Below, piece by piece: positions 1-10,313 of a DNA stretch of 64,000 nt. The notes below the pieces were generated by a model that was not told where the DNA came from, made no database searches, and was given only the letters and a program-made list of their open reading frames with translations. The stretch lies in contig JBHHVE010000007.1 in assembly GCA_046754085.1 (NCBI GenBank), positions 26,964-90,963 on the forward strand, in the 5' to 3' direction. Within the stretch, counting starts at the first letter, position 1; every line of letters starts with the position of its first letter. Source of the stretch: Leptospirillia bacterium (lineage in GTDB: Bacteria; Nitrospirota; JACRHL01). Made by a program: the position numbers and the translations under genes.

Positions 1-4
1 CACC

Positions 5-1744
5 GTGGCCACCGTCACCCGCACCAGCACCGCCACCGAGGTGCCGGCGGCGATTTTTCCCATGCACCGGGCCAAACTCCCCGGTCCCGACATCACCGTG
101 AGGTGGAGCGCGGTGACCGACATCAACGTCAATCAATTCCGGGTGCAACTGGCCGACTCCCCGTCCTTCAACCCCGGCGACATCGCGTTTGAAACCACCA
201 CCGCCGGCACCAACGCCACGTTCACCAGCGTGCCGAACGGCACCTACCATCTGCGGGTCGGGACCGAAACCGCGGGCGGCACCTTGAGCTGGGCTTCATA
301 TCGCACCCTCACCGTCGGCGCCGCCCGTTTCGACATCAACGGCGACGGCTACACCGACCTGCTGGCCGGTGTCCCCGGAGATGACTACGGGGGCGACACC
401 GCCCTGCAAAGCAACTATGGACGGGTCGACCTGTTTTACGGCGGCGCCGCCCTGGGGGTGAGCGCCAAGGAAACCGTCGATCTGACCTATCAGGGCACAG
501 TGGATGGCGGCGAGTTCGGCATCGCTGTCACCTCCGGCGACCTGAATAACGACGGCTACGCCGACGTGGTGGCGGGCGCCCATCAAGCCTCCGGAAACGC
601 CCTCTCGGCGGGGGCCGCCTATCTGTTTCTGGGCGGCGCCAGCCCGGATGCGACCGTGGATCTGACCCTGTTGGGGCAAAACTTTTCGGACGGCTTCGGG
701 GTGGAGGTGGAGTCCGGCTTCGACCTGAACGCCGATGGCGCCGATGACTTCGCCGTGGGCGCCTGGCTGTGGGACGCCCCGGACGGCACCGCCACGGACA
801 CCGGCCGCACTTACGTGTTCTTCGGCTGCACCCCGTTTAACTGCATTCCGGACGGGGTACCGGACCTGATCATGACCGGCGGCGAGGCCCACGAAAACCT
901 GGGGGGATCCGTGGCCGGCGGCTTCGACTTCAACGGCGACGGCTTTGACGACCTGGCGCTGAGTGGTGTATTTGCCGACGTCAGCGGCCTGACCGACGCC
1001 GGTCGGGTACTGGTGTATTACGGCGGCCCGACCATGGATGCGGCGGTCGACCTGATCCTTGAGGGCACCCTGGCGGGCGAACACTTCGGCACCGCCGTTG
1101 CCGCCGTTGGCGACATGGACGGCGACGGCTTCGATGAACTCGCGGTGGGGGCGCCCACCTATGCTGAAACCCTGCCAAGCCAGGGCCGGGTCCACCTGTT
1201 CGCAGGCGCCGCAACGCCCTCCACCAGCGCCGCCGCCATCATCCTGGGCGCAGCCGCCAACGAAGCCGCCGGTCTCGCCCTGTCCGGCGATTCGGACGTC
1301 AACGGTGACGGCTTCGCCGACCTCGCCCTCGGGGTGCCGTTTTCCGATCAGGGCGCCGCCGATAAATCCGGCACCTCCACCGAAGGGGATACCGGCATGA
1401 TCGAGGTGCATCTGGGCGCCCCCACCATCAACGCCGCCTACGACGCCCGCTTCGTCGGCGAGACCCTGAACGACTGGCTCGGGTTCGGCGTCCACATGAC
1501 CGGCGACGCCGACGGCGACGGCGTCGACGACCTGCTCATGGGCGCCCCCAACAGCGACCAGGGCAGCGCCATCTTCGGCGATGTCGGACGCGCGTGGGCG
1601 CTGTTCGGAGAGCGCTCCCCGACCCCGTGGACCGTCGCCAGCGACAACCATCACTCGGTCGCCCTGATTACCGACGGCACCTTCAACGGCGCGGTGCTGC
1701 CCAACGATCTGGGCAAGGACGGCCTGGGCGGAGCGGTCTGGTAA
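5..1744 (+). CDS. FG-GAP (integrin-alpha-like beta-propeller) repeat protein, N-terminus cut by window edge
   Basis: ORF is open to the window start. An FN3-like stretch is followed by seven Ca-binding-type blades (DINGDGYTDLLAG, DLNNDGYADVVAG, DLNADGADDFAVG, DFNGDGFDDLALS, DMDGDGFDELAVG, DVNGDGFADLALG, DADGDGVDDLLMG). Confidence 0.8.
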   Translation: MATVTRTSTATEVPAAIFPMHRAKLPGPDITVRWSAVTDINVNQFRVQLADSPSFNPGDIAFETTTAGTNATFTSVPNGTYHLRVGTETAGGTLSWASYRTLTVGAARFDINGDGYTDLLAGVPGDDYGGDTALQSNYGRVDLFYGGAALGVSAKETVDLTYQGTVDGGEFGIAVTSGDLNNDGYADVVAGAHQASGNALSAGAAYLFLGGASPDATVDLTLLGQNFSDGFGVEVESGFDLNADGADDFAVGAWLWDAPDGTATDTGRTYVFFGCTPFNCIPDGVPDLIMTGGEAHENLGGSVAGGFDFNGDGFDDLALSGVFADVSGLTDAGRVLVYYGGPTMDAAVDLILEGTLAGEHFGTAVAAVGDMDGDGFDELAVGAPTYAETLPSQGRVHLFAGAATPSTSAAAIILGAAANEAAGLALSGDSDVNGDGFADLALGVPFSDQGAADKSGTSTEGDTGMIEVHLGAPTINAAYDARFVGETLNDWLGFGVHMTGDADGDGVDDLLMGAPNSDQGSAIFGDVGRAWALFGERSPTPWTVASDNHHSVALITDGTFNGAVLPNDLGKDGLGGAVW

Positions 1745-1868
1745 AAAACCGTCGAGAGCGGCCCGGGTGCAAGGCGGGAGGCGCGCAGGGGTCGAAGGCG
1801 TACTTCTGTACGTCGAGATCCCGAGCACCGCAACCAACGCAGCAATCGGGCCGCTCTCGACGGTTTTT
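1745..1868 (+). repeat. About 125-nt palindromic intergenic repeat, copy A
   Basis: AAAAAACCGTCGAGAGCGGCCCG...CGGGCCGCTCTCGACGGTTTTT is a perfect 22-bp terminal inverted repeat around a conserved core of about 80 nt. Near-identical same-orientation copies lie at 15577-15701 and 18275-18400. Copy A begins directly after the FG-GAP stop codon. Confidence 0.9.
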
Positions 1869-1872
1869 GTGC

Positions 1873-1900
1873 CCCCCAGACTTAAACGCGGTCTGGCCGT
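1873..1900 (-). repeat. Short GCGTTTAAG-core module, inverted orientation
   Basis: The reverse complement CCAGACCGCGTTTAAGTCTGGGGGG matches CCAGCCTGCGTTTAAGCCCGTGGGG, which sits upstream of repeat copy C, and a diverged version upstream of copy B. Confidence 0.6.
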
Positions 1901-2101
1901 CCGGGTGGCGGGTGTGCCCCAACGAGGGAAGGGCATTTCCGCGCCGGGTGGTTTTTCCAGCCTGCACATGACCCTCGTGCGGGACGCACCGCTCCCCGGC
2001 ATCCCGGGACGGGGCGCAGCCCGGCAGGCTTTTTATCGCTACCCGGCGCCCCGGGGGGTTCCGGGGGCGCTACAATAGGGCTTCTTTTGAAGTCCTTATT
2101 G

Positions 2102-5548
<3,447 letters not shown>

Positions 5549-5566
5549 CCCCGCCACACCCATCCA

Positions 5567-6682
5567 ATGAGCACCCCACCCGCAGACACCAGCCTGGATA
5601 TCCTGGCCCTGGAGCCGTGGTACGCCGGCTCCCACAAGGACTTTCTCGACGGCCTCATCGCCCACAGCCGTCACCGCATCCGGCCCTATACCCTGGCAGG
5701 CCGCTTCTGGAAGTGGCGGCAAAGCGGGTCCGGTCTGATTCTGGCCAACCGGGTGCTGATGGACCGCCCCCTGTGTGATCTTGTTTTTTCCAGTGATTTC
5801 ACACACTTATCCGATTTTATGGCGCTTACCCGAAAGGCCCTGCCGAACGCCGGGGTGGTGGTCTACTTCCACGAAAATCAACTGTCCTACCCGCTCCTGG
5901 CGGAACACCGGATGGACAAGGCCTACGCCCACTTCAATATGAGCGCGGCGGCGGTGGCGGATCAGGTCTGGTTCAACTCCCCCTACCACATGGAATCGTT
6001 TTTCAGCGACCTGGAACAACTGCTCATCGCCTCACCGGACCATCGGCCCAGGGGGCTCGAACAGCAGATCGCCGACAAGGCGCGGGTCATGCCCCTGGGG
6101 GTTGACCTGGCCGGGCTGGCCCCTCCTCCGGGCAGCCGCCGGGAAGGGCCGCTCACCCTGCTCTGGAACCACCGCTGGGAACACGACAAGAACCCGGAGG
6201 CCTTTTTTAACGCCCTGTTCACGCTGGCGGACGAGGACGTGCCGTTCGAGGTCATCGTGTGCGGCCAGTCGTTCCGGCGCATGCCGGAGGTATTCGACAC
6301 AGCCAGGGAACGGCTCGGGGAGCGCATCGTCCACTGGGGCTACGAACCCGACCGGGCGGTCTATGCCGGGCTGCTGGCGCGGGCCGATGTGGTGGTTTCC
6401 ATGGCCCGTCACGATTTTTTCGGGGTGAGCGTGGTGGAGGCCATGCACGCGGGCTGTCTGCCGCTGCTGGCAAATCGCCTCAACTACCCGAACCTGGTGC
6501 CGGAGGCGGAACACAACACGTGTCTGGTGGCGGATGAGGTCGCCCTGAAAAGGACCCTCCGCAGCCTCGCCAAAGACCCCGCCCCGTGCCGGGACGGACG
6601 CGCAACAAAGTGGGTGGCATCATACGACTGGGCGCACATGGCGCCCCGCTTCGACGCCGCCTTCCGGGACGCCGGGGAATGA
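5567..6682 (+). CDS. DUF3524-type glycosyltransferase (GTDC1/QTMAN-like architecture)
   Basis: The N-terminal pattern ILALEPWYAGSHKDFLDGL...RFWKWRQSGSG is one I recognise as DUF3524. The C-terminal half is GT1/GT4-like (FFGVSVVEAMHAGCLPL). Confidence 0.7.
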   Translation: MSTPPADTSLDILALEPWYAGSHKDFLDGLIAHSRHRIRPYTLAGRFWKWRQSGSGLILANRVLMDRPLCDLVFSSDFTHLSDFMALTRKALPNAGVVVYFHENQLSYPLLAEHRMDKAYAHFNMSAAAVADQVWFNSPYHMESFFSDLEQLLIASPDHRPRGLEQQIADKARVMPLGVDLAGLAPPPGSRREGPLTLLWNHRWEHDKNPEAFFNALFTLADEDVPFEVIVCGQSFRRMPEVFDTARERLGERIVHWGYEPDRAVYAGLLARADVVVSMARHDFFGVSVVEAMHAGCLPLLANRLNYPNLVPEAEHNTCLVADEVALKRTLRSLAKDPAPCRDGRATKWVASYDWAHMAPRFDAAFRDAGE

Positions 6683-6696
6683 TAAGCCTGCCGGGC

Positions 6697-6724
6697 GACC
6701 CGCAGGCTTAAACGCGGGCGGGTC
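6697..6724 (-). repeat. Short GCGTTTAAG-core module, solo copy
   Basis: GACCCGCAGGCTTAAACGCGGGCGGGTC has the same core as the modules at 1873-1900 and at the 5' ends of 15538-15701 and 18238-18400. It can form a hairpin. Confidence 0.5.
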
Positions 6725-6731
6725 CCTACAC

Positions 6732-6773
6732 AAAAAAAACGCCGCTGGCACTTCACGTGCAGCGGCGTTTTTT
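6732..6773. terminator. Bidirectional rho-independent terminator
   Basis: An A8 run is followed by a GC-rich stem (CGCCGCTG-GCAC / GTGC-CAGCGGCG) and then a T6 run. Confidence 0.8.
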
Positions 6774-7073
6774 GAATCCCTCGGGCCACCATGTCCAAAG
6801 GAGGGATATGTACCCGGGTGCCTTGGCAGTCGGGGAGCAACCCGGTGGACGGTGGCCCGAAAGGATATATGGACACGGAGCGCGGTTTTGATTCCACGTT
6901 TACGGACGTCTACATCCCTGCCTTCCTGGTCAGGCTGGCAGGGCAGTTCGGAACCCGTGTCCATGCCCGACTTCAATATACCACCCGATTCGGGTGGCGC
7001 AAGGTTCTGAAACCGGCTTTATCCGGGGCCTTCATTGATTCGATTCGAGGTCACCGAATATAGTGGACAGGTT

Positions 7074-8111
7074 ATGGCGTTAGGTATATTCCGGGAATCC
7101 CTCACAGGTGTACGAGCCGCCGTGTTTGCCGGCATTCTGCTGGTGACCGCCGCACTTCCGGTGCCGGCGGCCGACGTGGTGGAGGCCGACCCGCACAGGC
7201 CCCGGCCGGGGCAGCCGGTGGCCGAGTGCAGCGACTGCCACCGCACCCCGAAAAAGCTCCCGGAACTCCGCACCCTGGCAAACGATTGCGCTTACTGCCA
7301 CCGGAGCGGCACGCCGGGCCTTACCCCGGTCACCCACCTGGAAACCCAGGCCCGCGAAAAGGGGGGCGACATCACACCGGACCCGGTGCTGGCGCGGGAT
7401 TTTGCCACCATCACCCGCGACATGGTGACGGTACCCGGCGGCTCCTTCATCCTCGGCGACAGCGATCGTCACGCCGATGAGGGCCCCATGCAGGAGTGGC
7501 GTGTGGAGGCGTTTTTCATCGACCGGCTGGAGGTCACCAACGCCGACTTCCACCGCTTCATCATGGCCACCGGCGGTACGGCGCCGCCTCACTGGAAGGG
7601 CCACCGCCCCCCCGCCGACATCGCTGACCACCCGCTCACCTACGTCTCCTGGTATGAGGCCCGCGACTACTGCAACTGGCGCGGCAAGCGGCTGCCCACC
7701 GAATTCGAGTGGGAGAAGGCGGCGCGTGGCGAGGAGGGTTTGAAATTTCCGTGGGGTGATATCTTCGACCCCAGCCTCGCCAATACCCCCCAGTCCAACA
7801 TCGGCCATACCATGCCGGTGGGCAGCTTCCCCAACGGCGCCAGCCCCTATGGCGCCCTCGACATGGCCGGCAACGTGTGGGAGTGGACCGACAGCTGGTA
7901 CCAGCCCTATCCGGGCAATACCCGCAGCAACCCCAACTACGGCGAAATCTACCGCATCGTGCGCGGCGGCTCGTGGTACGATTGCGAATTTTATAAATGC
8001 GGGATCAGCGCCCCCACATTCAACCGGGGATTCTTCATCCCCAATACCAAAAACGATACCTTTGGCTTCCGCTGCGCCGTGTCGGCCGCGAAAAAGTCCA
8101 AACCCCGATAG
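7074..8111 (+). CDS. Exported FGE/SUMF1-family protein with N-terminal dihaem c-type motif
   Basis: ATG 7074 gives a signal-peptide-like N-terminus (AAVFAGILLVTAALPVPAAD). Two CxxCH motifs are present (CSDCH, CAYCH). FGE-sulfatase motifs: VTNADFHRF, HPLTYVSWYEARDYCNWRGKRLPTEFEWEKAARG, GNVWEWT, RIVRGGSW, GFRC. It retains a C-x4-C pair (CEFYKC) at the position of the FGE catalytic cysteines. Confidence 0.85.
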   Translation: MALGIFRESLTGVRAAVFAGILLVTAALPVPAADVVEADPHRPRPGQPVAECSDCHRTPKKLPELRTLANDCAYCHRSGTPGLTPVTHLETQAREKGGDITPDPVLARDFATITRDMVTVPGGSFILGDSDRHADEGPMQEWRVEAFFIDRLEVTNADFHRFIMATGGTAPPHWKGHRPPADIADHPLTYVSWYEARDYCNWRGKRLPTEFEWEKAARGEEGLKFPWGDIFDPSLANTPQSNIGHTMPVGSFPNGASPYGALDMAGNVWEWTDSWYQPYPGNTRSNPNYGEIYRIVRGGSWYDCEFYKCGISAPTFNRGFFIPNTKNDTFGFRCAVSAAKKSKPR

Positions 8112-8133
8112 ATAGTTGAGAATTTCAGGCACC

Positions 8134-8964
8134 ATGCGCCCTTCCCCGATTGTCCTCGCCCTTGTCCTGTTCGGCCTCCTTTCCACCGGCTGCGACAGCC
8201 CCACGGATTCATCCCGCCCGCTGTTTTTCGAAACCACGCCGACGCCGCCGGAGGGAATGGTATTAATTCCGGCCGGGCCATTTGTAAGGGGCTCCGACAA
8301 GGAGGACACGGAGGGCCGCGCCAAGGAATTCGGCGCCATGAAGCCGTGGTACCTGGACGAGCACCCGGCTCACAAGATGACGCTGCCCGCCTTCTTTATC
8401 GACAAAACCGAGGTCACGGTGGGGGCCTACACCCTGTTCCTGCACGCCACCGGCTCCGGGGTGCCCAGTGACTGGCCGGGGGCCACACCGGAAAACCGCG
8501 ACCTGCCGGTGACCGGCGTCAACTGGCATCAGGCCGACGCCTACTGCACCTGGTTCGGCAAGCGTCTGCCCACGGAGGCCGAGTGGGAAAAAGCCGCTCG
8601 CGGGCCGGACGGACGCGAGTTCCCGTGGGGGGACACCTTCGACGCAATGCGCGGCAACACCGGCGCCGCCCGCCTGGGCAAACTGATGCCGGTGGGTCAC
8701 TTTCCGGAGGGGGCCAGCCCCTATGGGGTGCTCGACATGGTGGGCAATGTCTGGGAGTGGACAGCAAGCTGGTACCTGCCGTATCCGGGATCCGACTACC
8801 ACACGGACGATTTTGGCGAGAAATACCGGGTGATTCGCGGCGGCGGCTGGGGCGGCATCGGCCATTACACCCTGGATCAGTTCTACCGGGCCGCCTATCG
8901 CTTCTATATCGACCCGGCGATCAGCTTCAACGACGCGGGTTTCCGCTGTGCCAAATCCCTCTAG
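8134..8964 (+). CDS. FGE/SUMF1-family lipoprotein (paralogue, lacks the Cys pair)
   Basis: ATG 8134 gives MRPSPIVLALVLFGLLSTGC, which contains a lipobox. Motifs: PVTGVNWHQADAYCTWFGKRLPTEAEWEKAARG, GNVWEWT, RVIRGGGW, GFRC. There is no C-x4-C pair after the RGG motif. Confidence 0.85.
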   Translation: MRPSPIVLALVLFGLLSTGCDSPTDSSRPLFFETTPTPPEGMVLIPAGPFVRGSDKEDTEGRAKEFGAMKPWYLDEHPAHKMTLPAFFIDKTEVTVGAYTLFLHATGSGVPSDWPGATPENRDLPVTGVNWHQADAYCTWFGKRLPTEAEWEKAARGPDGREFPWGDTFDAMRGNTGAARLGKLMPVGHFPEGASPYGVLDMVGNVWEWTASWYLPYPGSDYHTDDFGEKYRVIRGGGWGGIGHYTLDQFYRAAYRFYIDPAISFNDAGFRCAKSL

Positions 8965-9224
8965 GTAAAGGCTGTATCCACGGCTCCGGAAGCTTCCCGC
9001 GAATTTCCCCGTAAATCTCCTGAAAATCGCTGATTTCCCGGTAAACTTTTCCTCCCCGCCTTCCGATACGGAACTATCACGGCCCGTACCGTCCGACACT
9101 TAAAGGATGGGGGCGGTCCATGTGAAACGTCTGTATTCGGATTTAAAGACACGGGGAGGGCGTGCTCGGGCAGATGTGCCGAAGTACGGTTTTTCCGTCT
9201 CAGAATTTTGGGGTTGAGCAAACA

Positions 9225-10073
9225 ATGTCGTCTGTCCTTGATATCGCCAAAGAGGTCAAACAACTGCCCGCCATGTCGAGCACCGCGCAGCAGGTGATCG
9301 AGATCACCGGAAGCGCCAATGCCACGGCCACCGACCTTCAGGAGATAATCGTTTACGATCAGGCGCTTTCGACCCACCTGTTGCGGGTGGCGAACTCACC
9401 GTTTTATTCCCCGCGCCAGCCGATCACCGAAGTGGCCCGCTCGGTGGTCCTGCTCGGTTTCGAGCAGGTCAAGAAAATCTGTCTCTACTATGCCACCCAG
9501 GGCGTCCTGAAAAAGCCGGGGCTGGCCGAGAAACTGCTGTGGGACCACTCGCTGGGTGTTTCCATCGCCGCCAAGGTGATTGCCGAGAAGTGGCACCCGT
9601 CCATCGCCGGGCAGGCCTTTACCACCGGGTTGCTGCACGACGTCGGCAAAAGCGTGCTGCACGGTATTCCCGAGGCCGGCTACGAGAACCTGCTGCGGGA
9701 GTTCTACAACAGCGGCACGCCGCTGGCGGAACTGGAGCAGGAAACCTACGGCTTCACCCATACCGAAGTCGGCGAACAGGTCTGCATCCACTGGAAGCTG
9801 CCCGAAATTCTGACCAAGGCGATCTGCCACCATCACGGTGAAATTCCCGACGACCTGGATCAGGACCAGATGAACCTGACGCGGACGATCCGACTGGCAA
9901 ACCGCTTTGCCCACGTGGCCGGTATCGGCCGCCGCGAGCCGATCGCCGACGTGGACTGGAACGAGGAGGCGGACAACCCCGGATTCCCCGGCGATGCCGT
10001 GGGAAAAATTTACGCCGAGTTTCTCGAGGACTACACCTCCGAGCGGAACAGAATGGAAGCATCCCCGGAGTAA
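9225..10073 (+). CDS. HDOD domain protein
   Basis: ATG 9225. HDOD-like pattern: LPAMSSTAQQVIEI, LLRVANSPFYS, GLLHDVGK, FTHTEVG. Confidence 0.75.
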   Translation: MSSVLDIAKEVKQLPAMSSTAQQVIEITGSANATATDLQEIIVYDQALSTHLLRVANSPFYSPRQPITEVARSVVLLGFEQVKKICLYYATQGVLKKPGLAEKLLWDHSLGVSIAAKVIAEKWHPSIAGQAFTTGLLHDVGKSVLHGIPEAGYENLLREFYNSGTPLAELEQETYGFTHTEVGEQVCIHWKLPEILTKAICHHHGEIPDDLDQDQMNLTRTIRLANRFAHVAGIGRREPIADVDWNEEADNPGFPGDAVGKIYAEFLEDYTSERNRMEASPE

Positions 10074-10313
10074 CCGCCCCGAGGCCGCCATCCGGATACG
10101 CCCACAATCCGTTTTCCCCGAAAACATCATCCACCGCCGGTTCCGGCAGGCATGGGGCAAAGTCCCGCCTCGCCCATGCCATTCAACCCCTGCGGCTTTT
10201 TCAGACCCCATATTGTGGTATAGTTTGCCGCTTTCGTTCCCATGTTTTGCGGTTCCCGTACCGCATACGAAATCGGGATACCTTTCGGCGGATTGGGCAA
10301 GTGACACCCTGAC

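Noticed and set aside
296-2002. 568-aa ORF antisense to the FG-GAP gene
   Set aside because: Its Gly/Ala/Arg/Val-rich translation has no motifs and lies entirely opposite a gene with clear repeats. Such stop-free antisense frames are typical of high-GC DNA.
6775-7034. Possible tmRNA, SRP RNA, RNase P RNA or a sigma54 promoter in the spacer before the FGE genes
   Set aside because: CCTGGTCAGG resembles part of 4.5S RNA, but the GGAA tetraloop region and flanks do not match. There is no tRNA-like CCA end or T-arm for tmRNA, and the spacer is too short for RNase P. TGGCAG-N..-GAGCA has the wrong GG-GC spacing for sigma54. It is kept only as an unassigned structured region.
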